Below, in pieces: positions 9,871 through 20,039 of a stretch of 64,000 nt of DNA (its first letter is position 1; every line of letters begins with the position of its first letter). A program made the position numbers and the translations under genes. Under the pieces are notes generated by a model. It saw nothing but the letters and a program-made list of their open reading frames with translations, searched no databases and was not told the origin of the DNA. Origin of the DNA: Rhodothermales bacterium (lineage in GTDB: Bacteria > Bacteroidota > Rhodothermia > Rhodothermales > Bin80); the NCBI GenBank assembly GCA_963663495.1, contig OY760427.1, forward strand, positions 5,119,690 through 5,183,689, written 5' to 3'.

Positions 9871-9895
9871 AATTCTCCCTACACGAAAGCTGCCA

Positions 9896-10339
9896 ATGGC
9901 CGGGTTTAAGGGACAGGCTTCATATGCCGTAGACGCAAAAGGGCGGGTTGCGATCCCTGCGAAAATGCGTGCAGCCATCGGCGACGATTTAACGAGCCCG
10001 ATAACCGTTACCCGCGGGTTCGAGAAGTGCATTTTTTTGTATCCGATCACAGCGTGGAATAGCCTCGAAGGAGGGATAGCTAATCTGAATCCGTACGACC
10101 GGAACGCTCGGGCTTTTGTGCGACGCACCATGATGTGGGCGGAAGAAGCAATGCTGGATCGCCAAGGCAGAATACCACTCCCCAAGATGCTTACCAAGTA
10201 TGCGCATATCAAGCAAAAGGCGTTGATTCTCGGAGCCTATGATCACATTGAGATATGGGATCCCGAAACATTCGATGCTTACATGACGGCCCAATCTGCC
10301 GATTATGAAACGCTCGCTGCGCGAGTCATGGGAGTATGA
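9896..10339 (+). CDS. mraZ: Transcriptional regulator MraZ
   Basis: MAGFKGQASYAVDAKGRVAIPAKMR... is a typical MraZ N-terminus. The size is 147 aa and it is the first gene of the dcw cluster. Confidence 0.95.
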   Translation: MAGFKGQASYAVDAKGRVAIPAKMRAAIGDDLTSPITVTRGFEKCIFLYPITAWNSLEGGIANLNPYDRNARAFVRRTMMWAEEAMLDRQGRIPLPKMLTKYAHIKQKALILGAYDHIEIWDPETFDAYMTAQSADYETLAARVMGV

Positions 10340-11295
10340 TGTCTCAGGAGTCCTACGCAACATCGTTCCATGCCCCTGTACTCTGCCACACGGCCGTGAA
10401 CACCCTCGTCACCGACCGATCAGGAGTGTATGTGGATGCCACCCTCGGCGGTGGCGGACACAGCCGCGCCCTGTTGGACCACTTGGCCAGCGAAGGGTCC
10501 GTGATTGGAATTGATCGTGACGAAGAAGCCATATGCGAAGCCAAGGCTAGGCTGGCAGATGAACGAATGCGCGGGCGCTTTAGGGCTCTACATGCAGCAT
10601 TTGACGAGCTGGAACGGTTCCTGTCGGCAACCGGACTGGCCAAGGTTGATGGCATCCTGGCGGACTTGGGTGTCTCGTCGTACCAACTGGATCGCGGCAA
10701 ACGAGGCTTCAGTCATCGCCTGACAGGCCCCCTGGATATGCGCATGGACAGACGGAAGGCAGATGTGGCAGCAGGGATACTTAATAGCTGGGATACGGGC
10801 AGAATAACAAAATTGCTTCGCAGCGCCGGCGAAGAGCCGGCGGCAGGACGCATTGCACGGGCCATTGTAGCGGCGCGGCCACTTGATTCAACAAAAGATC
10901 TTGCCTCAGCCGTGCGGAAAATGGTGCCGACCAGACTGGAAGCAAAGACGCTGGCACGGGTTTTCCAAGCCGTGCGCATTGCCGTAAATCAGGAGCTGAA
11001 CCAACTTGACTCCCTGTTCGGGGCAGCAGAACGGCTCGTTCGCACAGGTGGGCACATGACCATCATCAGTTACCACTCGCTGGAAGATCGGCGCGTAAAG
11101 CGCATGTTTCGATACGGTAACACCGACGGAGTCGCAGTCCGTGACATCTATGGCAACGTGCTGGCCCCGTGGAAGGAATTAATGCGCAGGCCCGTTCGAC
11201 CGTCTCCCGCCGAAGCAGCAGCCAACCCTCGTGCCCGTAGCGCAAAACTACGGGCTGCTGTGCGCCAGGACAATCATATCCCAACTACGATATGA
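10336..11295 (+). CDS. rsmH: 16S rRNA (cytosine1402-N4)-methyltransferase RsmH/MraW
   Basis: HAPVL...YVDATLGGGGHS... SAM-binding motif. ATGA overlap with mraZ. Conserved position in the cluster. Confidence 0.95.
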   Translation: MMSQESYATSFHAPVLCHTAVNTLVTDRSGVYVDATLGGGGHSRALLDHLASEGSVIGIDRDEEAICEAKARLADERMRGRFRALHAAFDELERFLSATGLAKVDGILADLGVSSYQLDRGKRGFSHRLTGPLDMRMDRRKADVAAGILNSWDTGRITKLLRSAGEEPAAGRIARAIVAARPLDSTKDLASAVRKMVPTRLEAKTLARVFQAVRIAVNQELNQLDSLFGAAERLVRTGGHMTIISYHSLEDRRVKRMFRYGNTDGVAVRDIYGNVLAPWKELMRRPVRPSPAEAAANPRARSAKLRAAVRQDNHIPTTI

Positions 11296-11331
11296 ACGTG
11301 AAACAGCCCACCTCTGCCAAGCTATAGAGCG

Positions 11332-11655
11332 GTGCCGACATTGGCAAATGTACCTGCAAATGCCCATGCGCGGCCGTGGATGCGCAATTCGACGGTGATG
11401 TTTACCGCCGGCGTGACATTGGTTGCCGTGGTGCTGACACTTTATATAGGTCACATTTACGCGACACAGGAACTAGTGAACAACTTGGAGACACAACGCC
11501 GCGAAGGACTGGAGCTGCGCTCAGAACGTGCAAGGCTGATGGGAAAGGTGGCCGAAGCGACAAAACCTACCACCATTTACCGATGGGCAGCCGAGCTGGG
11601 CCTGGAGGAAGGAGGACCATACGCCGCTATAATATACGTGGCTAATGACTACTAA
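11332..11655 (+). CDS. ftsL: FtsL-like small bitopic division protein
   Basis: Short ORF between rsmH and ftsI. It has one hydrophobic span (VMFTAGVTLVAVVLTLYIGHIY) followed by a coiled-coil-like segment. The start is uncertain (GTG 11332 or ATG 11380). Confidence 0.6.
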   Translation: MPTLANVPANAHARPWMRNSTVMFTAGVTLVAVVLTLYIGHIYATQELVNNLETQRREGLELRSERARLMGKVAEATKPTTIYRWAAELGLEEGGPYAAIIYVANDY

Positions 11656-13705
11656 CCCCTTAGGTACGGTACTGCGCAACCAGATCCTGGCTCGCACCCG
11701 CATCGTGCTGGTGCTCATGGTAACAGTGGCATTGTGCGTCACTGCCAGCGTGGCATGGATATATGTTGACGACGTTGAAGAGCTTCGCCGGGCCGGACTG
11801 CGCCAAATGGAGTCATTCGATGTGCTGCCGGCGAACCGAGGAGCAATTGTTGATACCAGGGAAAGGCCTGTAGCCATCAATGCAACGCGCTACGTCCTGG
11901 CACTAGACCCTACCGCTACACGGTTCAAAGCGACAAAAGAATCCGCGCTGAACCGGATAGCGCGTGCGACGGAAAAATCTGTAGAAGCCCTGAAAGACCG
12001 AATAGCGGCCCGGACTAGTGACCGCTATGCGTTGATGTTTACGCTTACCGAAGAGCAGTGGGCAGACCTGGAAGAGGCTGATCTCCCGGGAGTAATCCTG
12101 GAAGAAAACGCTACTCGCCGCTACATCTACAGCGAAACCGCAGCTCATGTGCTTGGCCATGTGGATCCGGATGGCGCAGGACTTGCCGGACTGGAACTGC
12201 AATACGATCACCTGCTGGCCGGGAAACCCGGTCGTAGACAACTGCTGCGCGACCGACTGGGGCAGCGGCGCGCGGATGCCAGTGCAACAATTCAAGAACC
12301 GGTTGATGGACACAGCATTGTGCTCACTATTGATATGGTCCGCCAGACTATCCTTGAAGAGGAACTTCAGCTAGGAATCAGGAACGCGAAGGCTGCACGC
12401 GGTACTGCCATTGCGATGGACCCCCACACGGGCGCTATCCTCGCACTCGCAAATTGGCCAACTTTTGACCCCAACTACCCGGGCCGCTACCCCGCAGCGC
12501 ACTGGCGTAACTATGCCGTGACCGACCGGATGGAACCCGGTTCAACATTCAAGATCGTAACAGCAATTGCGGCCCTGGAGCTCGGGATAACAACACTTGA
12601 TCGGCCTGTTAACACTGGAAATGGGTCGGCAGTATTTCATGGCAATACCATGCGGGACACGCGGGCACACGGAGTCATCCCGTTTGCCGATGTGATCGCC
12701 TTCAGCAGTAATGTCGGAATAGCGCGAACAGCGGCCCAGCTTCAACCGGCCGACCTGTACCGATACGCGCGTAACCTGGGATTCGGGGTAAAGACCTCAA
12801 TAGACCTCCCGGGAGAGGTGTCCGGGCGATTGAAAAATCCGGAACAGTGGAGTGCCACCACGCCAACATCCATGAGCATCGGTTACGATGTGGAAGTGAC
12901 AGCCATTCAGCTGCTCGCGGCCTACGCATCAATTGCTAACGGCGGGCTGCTAGTGCAGCCATATATCGTTTCGGAGCACAGGGATCCGCTGGGAGAAACG
13001 ATATGGAGCAGAACACAAGATCCCGCTGGACATGACTCCGTGCGCAGAGCATTTGACCAGTCCACAGCAGTAACGCTGCAGCCGGCCCTGACGGCGGTAG
13101 TGGAAAAAGGGACGGCGCAACTGGCAAGCATCCCGGGTACAGCCGTCGCAGGCAAGACAGGAACCGCCCGCAAAGTGGTCAATGGCGCATACACGTCCGA
13201 CTACCGCGCCACCTTCGTGGGCTATTTCCCGGCCGAAGCGCCGGAGGTCGCCATGATCATAGTGATAGATGAACCCAAGACCAGTGCATACGGCGGCCGA
13301 GTGGCAGCGCCCGTCTTTCAGTCAATAGCGAAGAGGTGGAGAAGCTTGGATCCACCTCCAGCATCACGGCTCACCAGCATTGATTCGCTAGTCGTTCCAG
13401 ATGTCCGCGGGCTACCACTAACCGCAGCCCGGAGACATTTGACGCTGGCAGGATTCACCATGATTGATGCTCCATATGAACCAGCTTTCGTCCATTGGCA
13501 ACAACCTGCGGCCGGAGAGCGGCGTGCCGCCGATACGCGTGTGTACCTTCGCTCGGGATCCGTAGTCCCATCCACCGAGCATCGGAGCCGCTTGGATGCA
13601 CGCGCCCGTGCATTCACACGTACCGCTGCGGCAACGGGCACGATGCCTAAGGGCTACGACACGGCGGACACCGGACATCCGACTGCAGACAAAGTAAACC
13701 AGTGA
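11645..13705 (+). CDS. ftsI: Penicillin-binding protein 3 / FtsI transpeptidase with C-terminal PASTA-like domain
   Basis: Transpeptidase motifs are present (STFK in EPGSTFKIVTA, SSN in FSSNVG, KTGT in AGKTGTA). It sits at the dcw position after ftsL. The C-terminus LVVPDVRGLPLTAARRHLTLAGF... is PASTA-like. Confidence 0.9.
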   Translation: MTTNPLGTVLRNQILARTRIVLVLMVTVALCVTASVAWIYVDDVEELRRAGLRQMESFDVLPANRGAIVDTRERPVAINATRYVLALDPTATRFKATKESALNRIARATEKSVEALKDRIAARTSDRYALMFTLTEEQWADLEEADLPGVILEENATRRYIYSETAAHVLGHVDPDGAGLAGLELQYDHLLAGKPGRRQLLRDRLGQRRADASATIQEPVDGHSIVLTIDMVRQTILEEELQLGIRNAKAARGTAIAMDPHTGAILALANWPTFDPNYPGRYPAAHWRNYAVTDRMEPGSTFKIVTAIAALELGITTLDRPVNTGNGSAVFHGNTMRDTRAHGVIPFADVIAFSSNVGIARTAAQLQPADLYRYARNLGFGVKTSIDLPGEVSGRLKNPEQWSATTPTSMSIGYDVEVTAIQLLAAYASIANGGLLVQPYIVSEHRDPLGETIWSRTQDPAGHDSVRRAFDQSTAVTLQPALTAVVEKGTAQLASIPGTAVAGKTGTARKVVNGAYTSDYRATFVGYFPAEAPEVAMIIVIDEPKTSAYGGRVAAPVFQSIAKRWRSLDPPPASRLTSIDSLVVPDVRGLPLTAARRHLTLAGFTMIDAPYEPAFVHWQQPAAGERRAADTRVYLRSGSVVPSTEHRSRLDARARAFTRTAAATGTMPKGYDTADTGHPTADKVNQ

Positions 13706-15210
13706 GAACATCAGTGCCAAAGCGGATCGCCTGGAACACGCTGGCAGAAGCGCTGCTGGAACGCGGCCTGTCAGTCGATGCGACAGCACATGACCGCCAC
13801 ATGGTGACGCACCTTACGCAGGACAGTCGGCAGGTACGCCCAGGAAGCGTCTTCGTGGCCATAAAGGGACTTACCCATGATGGACACAATTACGTAGGCA
13901 GCGCGCTGCGAAGCGGAGCAGCGGCAGTTGTATGCCAGGTCATGGATAAACAGCTACAATCGGCAGGGGCAGTGGTTGCGCACGTAACAGATTCCAGGAA
14001 GGCACTGGCAGTCCTGGCTTCTACAATGTCAGGGGATGCGCACCACCACCTGCACCTGTACGGCATAACGGGCACCAACGGCAAAACCACCACCTGTTAC
14101 CTGCTACACCATGTGCTGTCCAAGCTGATTGGCACAACAGGTCTTCTCGGTACAGTTGCCTACAAGTGGGGAAACACCCGTCTGCCATCGTCGCTGACGA
14201 CGCCGGGCCCCGTGGATCTGCACACCATGATGCGGCAAATGGTCAACGCAGGCTGCCGTAACTGCGTAATGGAGGTGTCCTCGCATTCGCTGAAGCAAGA
14301 CAGACCCTACGGCCTGTCCTACCAAGGGGCCGTATTTACCAATCTGTCGCAGGACCATCTGGACTATCATACCACATGGTCCGATTACCGGGAAACGAAG
14401 CGAAAACTGTTCACAGACCTGCCTGCTACGTCCACTGCCATTTATAACGCGGATGACCCCGCCGGGCAATGGATGGTCTCAAGAACGGCTGCACACCGCC
14501 TCTCCTACGGCACAAGTAGCGAGGCGGACATTCGGTTCCGTGTGGTAGATGATTCGCCAACGGGGCTCCGCCTCCTATTAGATGGTCGGGAGTGCTATAG
14601 TGCCATTGCAGGACGCTTCAACGCCTACAATGTGGCCGCAGCCTATGCCGCAGCCCAGTCGGCAGGGCTCGCTCAGTCCGGCATCGTGGGTGCGTTAAGC
14701 AGCTGCCCGCAGGTCCCCGGACGGCTCGAATGGCTGCGATGTCCAGACTCCACCACAGTCGTAGTGGATTATGCCCACACGCCGGACGCGCTGGAAAAAG
14801 CACTGCAAGCCCTGAAGACACTTAAACCAACGGGAGCCGCGCTCTGGTGCGTATTCGGGTGCGGCGGAGAACGAGACAAGACCAAGCGGCCCGTAATGGG
14901 CCGTGTGGCCGAGACGGAGGCCGACAACGTGATCGTAACGTCGGACAATCCAAGGTCAGAGCCGCAAGCCCGGATCTTCGGTGATATCGCCGCAGGGATG
15001 GATTATCCGGAAGCAGCAGAGTGGCAAAGGGACCGCCGGCTCGCAATCCACACCGCCATCCTGACGGCTGCACCTGGGGACTTGATTCTTGTCGCCGGAC
15101 GCGGACACGAAACCATGCAGATACAGCAAGGATCAGCGCATGTGCTGAGTGATCGCTTTGAAGTGCAGCACGCACTGTTCGAACGTGAGTCTATATGCTC
15201 TACTACCTGA
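13702..15210 (+). CDS. murE: UDP-N-acetylmuramoyl-L-alanyl-D-glutamate--2,6-diaminopimelate ligase MurE
   Basis: Mur ligase P-loop GITGTNGKTTT. DNPR motif (VTSDNPRSE). Position in the dcw cluster. Confidence 0.9.
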   Translation: MRTSVPKRIAWNTLAEALLERGLSVDATAHDRHMVTHLTQDSRQVRPGSVFVAIKGLTHDGHNYVGSALRSGAAAVVCQVMDKQLQSAGAVVAHVTDSRKALAVLASTMSGDAHHHLHLYGITGTNGKTTTCYLLHHVLSKLIGTTGLLGTVAYKWGNTRLPSSLTTPGPVDLHTMMRQMVNAGCRNCVMEVSSHSLKQDRPYGLSYQGAVFTNLSQDHLDYHTTWSDYRETKRKLFTDLPATSTAIYNADDPAGQWMVSRTAAHRLSYGTSSEADIRFRVVDDSPTGLRLLLDGRECYSAIAGRFNAYNVAAAYAAAQSAGLAQSGIVGALSSCPQVPGRLEWLRCPDSTTVVVDYAHTPDALEKALQALKTLKPTGAALWCVFGCGGERDKTKRPVMGRVAETEADNVIVTSDNPRSEPQARIFGDIAAGMDYPEAAEWQRDRRLAIHTAILTAAPGDLILVAGRGHETMQIQQGSAHVLSDRFEVQHALFERESICSTT

Positions 15211-16367
15211 TAAAGTACATAGAAGATCAATTCCATCCTCCGGGATTTCAGGTGGTGGAGTTTATCACAGTGCGCGCAGCGCTGGCGGCGATCACGGCCC
15301 TCGTAGTCGCTGTCGTCTTGGGACCACGCCTCATCCGCATGCTCCATCGCATGCAGATTACCGACAACGTACGTGCAGGAACTGCACGTGGGGCGGTGGA
15401 CCACACTCACAAGAAGGGGACCCCAACCATGGGGGGTGTCATCATCCTGATAGGCGTATTGGGAGGCACCGTGCTCTGGGGCGCCATCGCAGAGGTATAC
15501 GTGGCCATGATCATGGTGGCCACAATATGGATCGGCGGCTTCGGCATGGTGGATGACTATCTGAAGGTGACCAGAGCCGATACCGCAGGTATGAGCGCTC
15601 GGGTAAAGCTCATTGGACAGGTGGGCCTAGGACTCGTCGTCGGCATCCTACTGTACACCCTCCCGCAGTTTGCAGATGTGCGGTCCATGACTGATCTGCC
15701 ATTCATTCGCAACTGGCAGTTTGACTACAATATCCTGGGAAAACTGTTTTCGCCAGATGAAGGCCCGCCGTTAGAGTTGGGATGGATCATATTCGTTCCG
15801 GTCGTCATCCTTGTGGTTACGGCTACATCAAATGCCGTCAACCTTACCGACGGACTTGACGGTCTGGCGACAAGCGTCACGGCAACGGTCGGCGTAGGGC
15901 TCGTGGCACTATGCTATGTGTCCGGACACAGGGGGCTTGCGGAGTATCTGGGAGTCCTGTACCTGCCCGGAGCCGGAGAACTAACCGTATTCGCCGCCGC
16001 TATCGCGGCGGCCTGCCTCGGGTTTCTCTGGTTCAATTGTTATCCGGCATCAGTATTCATGGGTGACACCGGATCGTTGGCGCTCGGCGCAGCTGTGGGC
16101 GTCATGGCTTTGATGGTAAAGAAAGAACTACTATTGCCTCTGCTATGCCTCGTGTTTCTGGTAGAAGCCCTCTCGGTAATCATTCAGGTAGGATACTTCA
16201 AGTATACGCGCCGTCGTACAGGTACCGGAAAGCGCGTGTTCAGGATGGCACCACTTCATCACCACTATGAGGCGAAGGGAATGCACGAGACTAAGGTGGT
16301 GGTTCGGTTCGCAATCATAAGTGTCCTGGCAGTCATCACCACACTCCTAACGCTTCGAATCCAATAA
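15195..16367 (+). CDS. mraY: Phospho-N-acetylmuramoyl-pentapeptide transferase MraY
   Basis: N-terminus MLYYLIKYIEDQF. Polytopic membrane protein with NAVNLTDGLDGLA and HHHYE motifs. Confidence 0.95.
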   Translation: MLYYLIKYIEDQFHPPGFQVVEFITVRAALAAITALVVAVVLGPRLIRMLHRMQITDNVRAGTARGAVDHTHKKGTPTMGGVIILIGVLGGTVLWGAIAEVYVAMIMVATIWIGGFGMVDDYLKVTRADTAGMSARVKLIGQVGLGLVVGILLYTLPQFADVRSMTDLPFIRNWQFDYNILGKLFSPDEGPPLELGWIIFVPVVILVVTATSNAVNLTDGLDGLATSVTATVGVGLVALCYVSGHRGLAEYLGVLYLPGAGELTVFAAAIAAACLGFLWFNCYPASVFMGDTGSLALGAAVGVMALMVKKELLLPLLCLVFLVEALSVIIQVGYFKYTRRRTGTGKRVFRMAPLHHHYEAKGMHETKVVVRFAIISVLAVITTLLTLRIQ

Positions 16368-16371
16368 TGGA

Positions 16372-17736
16372 ATGAAGTTACCCAATCTTTCAGGCCAGAG
16401 AGTAGCCGTGCTCGGTGCAGCACGGAGCGGAATAGCTGCGTCACGGCTACTTGTGGCGCACGGCGCAAGCGTGTTGCTTTCTGAACATCTCCCCTTATCA
16501 GCCACAGAAACAGTCCACCTTCAGTCCCTTGGCTTGGATGTGGAGACGGGGGGGCATACACAACGGGTTCTGGAAACCGACTTCATCGTGGTCAGCCCAG
16601 GTGTACCGAGCCATACGCCCGTGGTACTACAGGCTCGGCGCCAAAACATCCCGGTCTATTCAGAACTCGAGGTCGCTTCATGGTTCTGCAAGGCAAGAAT
16701 CGTTGCCATCACCGGGACCAATGGCAAGACAACCACATGTACCCTGCTGCATGCAATGCTGAACAGGACCGGTAAGAAGGCAGTTCTTGCAGGCAACATC
16801 GGTGACCCGCTTTCCAATCATGTTACCAGTACGAAGCCGGACGGAACGGTCGTGCTTGAGGTGTCAAGCTTCCAGTTGGACCACATCTATTCATTCCGGC
16901 CGTCCGTAAGCGTTCTGCTCAACATCACTCCAGACCATCTGGATCGATACAACGGGTCATTCGAAAAGTACGCCCACGCTAAGTTCAGACTGCTGGAAAA
17001 CCAGGGCAAGGGAGATACGGTCGTGTACAACCATGACGATGCGGTCGTACGTAAACAGGCAGAGCACGCAGCTAAAACCCAGGCACTGCGGGCCATAGGA
17101 TTCAGTTACTACGCAACGCTGACCAACGGTGTATCAATTGAAAAAGCGGGCGTGGTTGAGAGGGTCAATGGTCGACCGACCAACATTCTGCACGCGCACG
17201 ATTCCGCCATCGGAGGGCTCGGCAAGGTGCATACCAGCCTGGCCGCCATCGCAACCGCACGTGCACTGGAGATAAACAATGAAGTAATACGCAATAGCCT
17301 TCTCGCATTCGAAGGGCTAGCCCACCGAATGGAAATCGTACGCGATGTTGACGGCGTCCGGTACATCAATGACTCCAAAGCTACAAACGTCAACGCGCTT
17401 TGGTACGCACTTGAATCAATTAACAATCCTATTGTGCTGATTGCCGGCGGCAGAGACAAAGGCAACGACTATTCGGCAATCAGCGCTCTTGTTGAACAGA
17501 AAGTTGATGCGGTAGTGAGTTATGGCGAGGAGGGCGCCGCACTGGCCCGGGAGTTGGGGAAGCACACCCGACATGCGCATGTTGTCCCGACGCTTGAAGA
17601 TGCTATGAAGGTCGCCAGGCCGCTTGCCCGGCCAGGTACCGCGGTCCTGCTAAGTCCCGCCTGCTCCTCCTTGGACCAGTTCGAGAGCTACGCCCACCGC
17701 GGCAATGCCTTCAAAAGGATCGTAAGCACCTACTGA
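16372..17736 (+). CDS. murD: UDP-N-acetylmuramoylalanine--D-glutamate ligase MurD
   Basis: GAARSG Rossmann start. ITGTNGKTTT P-loop. Position after mraY. Confidence 0.9.
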   Translation: MKLPNLSGQRVAVLGAARSGIAASRLLVAHGASVLLSEHLPLSATETVHLQSLGLDVETGGHTQRVLETDFIVVSPGVPSHTPVVLQARRQNIPVYSELEVASWFCKARIVAITGTNGKTTTCTLLHAMLNRTGKKAVLAGNIGDPLSNHVTSTKPDGTVVLEVSSFQLDHIYSFRPSVSVLLNITPDHLDRYNGSFEKYAHAKFRLLENQGKGDTVVYNHDDAVVRKQAEHAAKTQALRAIGFSYYATLTNGVSIEKAGVVERVNGRPTNILHAHDSAIGGLGKVHTSLAAIATARALEINNEVIRNSLLAFEGLAHRMEIVRDVDGVRYINDSKATNVNALWYALESINNPIVLIAGGRDKGNDYSAISALVEQKVDAVVSYGEEGAALARELGKHTRHAHVVPTLEDAMKVARPLARPGTAVLLSPACSSLDQFESYAHRGNAFKRIVSTY

Positions 17737-17742
17737 CACTCT

Positions 17743-18915
17743 GTGAATAACCCGCAATCCATAGCAGCACGTTCGGCCATCCAGCGTAGCCCGACCGATA
17801 AGTACGTCATCTGGATCTTGCTTATGCTGTCGGCAATAGGCGTTCTCGCAGTCTACAGCTCGGTTGGCTTCCTGGCAAACGTTGCGGCAGACGGGAATTC
17901 CGGACACTTCCTCGGGCGCCACCTGATACGTCTCGGGCTTGCAATAAGCGCAGTAGCTATTTTCTCGTTCTTGGACTACCATGTGATTGCACGCATGGCA
18001 CGCGTCTTTCTGATCGGTGCAATTGTGCTTCTGGTGCTCGTGCATTTGTTCGGAGTCTCCTACGGAGGCGCTACCCGCTCACTACACCTTGGACCCGTAA
18101 ACCTGCAGGCGTCCGATGTGGGGAAAGTGGCATTACTGCTCTACGTCGGGGTGCTGCTGGCACGTAAGCAAGCGTATATCCATAGCCTTTCGCGGGCAAC
18201 CGCGCCCATCTTCCTCTCTGCAATGGCGGTGATCGTGCTGATTGGGATGGAAGACCTGTCAACTGCAACTCTGGTCCTGATTGTGGTCTGCACCATGTGT
18301 TTTGTCGGACGCGTACGTCCGCTCCATCTCGCAGGACTAGGTGCCGTGACCGTCTTGTGCGCATCGCTGCTGCTCCTCGCCTCTCCTGCGCGCGCCGCCC
18401 GGCTTGAAGCCTATACAGGCATAAAATTGTTCGACCAAAAGGAGCAAGCGGACGTCGTCAGCGAAAATGCCGGGAGGTACCAGATCCAGCAAGCCCGCAT
18501 TGCCTTTGCGATGGGAGGACTCACCGGAAGAGGCCCCGGAAGAAGTATTCAGCGTGACTTCTTACCCGTGCCCTACAATGACTTCATCTTCGCCATCATA
18601 GCAGAAGAGTACGGATTTATAGGCGCAATGGTGGTCCTGCTCCTATTCATAGGTCTGCTGCTGCGAGGGTACCTGAGCATTGCACGCTGGGCACCCGATC
18701 CTCTTGGCCTTTTTCTGGCTGTCGGGCTATCCACCATGGTCGTACTGTATGGACTGGTGCATGCCGCCGTTTCAACCGGACTGGTGCCGGTCACCGGCCT
18801 ACCAATGCCGATGGTGTCATACGGCGGCACCTCAATGCTGGCAAATGGCGTCATGATAGGCATCTTGCTGAATATTGCCAGGCAGCGTACACGCGATGAA
18901 CCTGTAGCGATATGA
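17743..18915 (+). CDS. ftsW: Peptidoglycan glycosyltransferase FtsW (SEDS family)
   Basis: Polytopic membrane protein with SEDS motifs (...DFIFAIIAEEYGFIGA..., PMPMVSYGGTSM). GTG start. Confidence 0.9.
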   Translation: MNNPQSIAARSAIQRSPTDKYVIWILLMLSAIGVLAVYSSVGFLANVAADGNSGHFLGRHLIRLGLAISAVAIFSFLDYHVIARMARVFLIGAIVLLVLVHLFGVSYGGATRSLHLGPVNLQASDVGKVALLLYVGVLLARKQAYIHSLSRATAPIFLSAMAVIVLIGMEDLSTATLVLIVVCTMCFVGRVRPLHLAGLGAVTVLCASLLLLASPARAARLEAYTGIKLFDQKEQADVVSENAGRYQIQQARIAFAMGGLTGRGPGRSIQRDFLPVPYNDFIFAIIAEEYGFIGAMVVLLLFIGLLLRGYLSIARWAPDPLGLFLAVGLSTMVVLYGLVHAAVSTGLVPVTGLPMPMVSYGGTSMLANGVMIGILLNIARQRTRDEPVAI

Positions 18916-20039
18916 AAAGGCCTCCGCGCATACTCCTGGCCGGCGGCGGTACCGGAGGGCATGTGTATCCGGCTATTGCCATCGCAGATGCGATTCGGTC
19001 CCGCGATTCGGAGGCCGCAATTGCATTCGCAGGCACGCGGGAACGCATTGAATGGTCTGCAGTGCCAAAAGCAGGATACTCCATCTACCCCATCACAACC
19101 ACCGGGCTGAATCGGAGACATCCGCTACGTAACCTCCGTGTGTTAGGGAAATTGTCCAAAGGGTTGCTTCAAAGCCTTGCACTTGTGCGGGCCTTTGATC
19201 CGGATGCTGCGGTAGGCACCGGCGGCTATGTTTCCGGGCCTGTGTTGCTTGCGGCACACTTGAGAAGGCGTCCCATCGTCATTCAAGAACAGAACGCGTT
19301 AGCCGGTATCACCAATAAGCTCCTCGCCTCCAAGGCTGCACAAATACATATTGCATTCGACGAGACGCAAGCGTCGTTCCCTAAGAAACTATGCCGAATC
19401 AACGGTAACCCCACGCGATCAGAGCTACGGTCTGCTGATGACACCGCCGCCCGAGAGCATTTTGGAATACCCGACAATGCTACGGTACTGTTTGTGTTTG
19501 GAGGGTCCTTGGGCAGCCGTGCCTTGAATCAGGCTTTAGAGCGCCACCTTCCACTCCTGATGCAAGACGCAGGACTATTCATACTGTGGCAGACAGGTAG
19601 GAGATACTATGGCAATCTGCATAACCGGGTGCCTGAACACGAGCGCCTTCGGTTAATGGAATATGTGGATCGGATGGACTTGGCATATGCTGCTGCGGAT
19701 CTGGCGGTGTGCCGTGCAGGAGCATTGACATGCAGCGAGCTCCTTGCTACCGGAACCCCAGCGATCCTGGTACCGTCTCCCAATGTCACGGCAGATCATC
19801 AGACCGTAAATGCAAAAGCGGTAGAGACTGTAGGAGCGGCGATCCACGTGCGCGAGAAGGATCTGGATAAGGCATTGCAGGCGCTAGTACCCGGCCTCCT
19901 GCAGGATTCGGAGAAGCGTGCCACCATGACCAGGAAGGCCCGCGCCGCTGCCGCTCCCGACGCCGCGGCACGAATTGCAGATGATGTCCTTAAACTGGTT
20001 GGTTGGACCCCTCCCGCGCAACTATTGAAAAGCTCATGA
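18912..20039 (+). CDS. murG: UDP-GlcNAc:lipid I N-acetylglucosamine transferase MurG
   Basis: LAGGGTGGHVYPAIAIA N-terminal motif. Position after ftsW. Confidence 0.95.
   Translation: MKRPPRILLAGGGTGGHVYPAIAIADAIRSRDSEAAIAFAGTRERIEWSAVPKAGYSIYPITTTGLNRRHPLRNLRVLGKLSKGLLQSLALVRAFDPDAAVGTGGYVSGPVLLAAHLRRRPIVIQEQNALAGITNKLLASKAAQIHIAFDETQASFPKKLCRINGNPTRSELRSADDTAAREHFGIPDNATVLFVFGGSLGSRALNQALERHLPLLMQDAGLFILWQTGRRYYGNLHNRVPEHERLRLMEYVDRMDLAYAAADLAVCRAGALTCSELLATGTPAILVPSPNVTADHQTVNAKAVETVGAAIHVREKDLDKALQALVPGLLQDSEKRATMTRKARAAAAPDAAARIADDVLKLVGWTPPAQLLKSS

Noticed and set aside
13702-16367. Absence of murF (and ddl) from the dcw cluster, considered as a deletion
   Set aside because: The order murE-mraY-murD-ftsW-murG-murC-ftsQAZ without murF or ddl is the normal arrangement in Bacteroidota-type genomes. 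The junctions are tightly coupled and show no scar.
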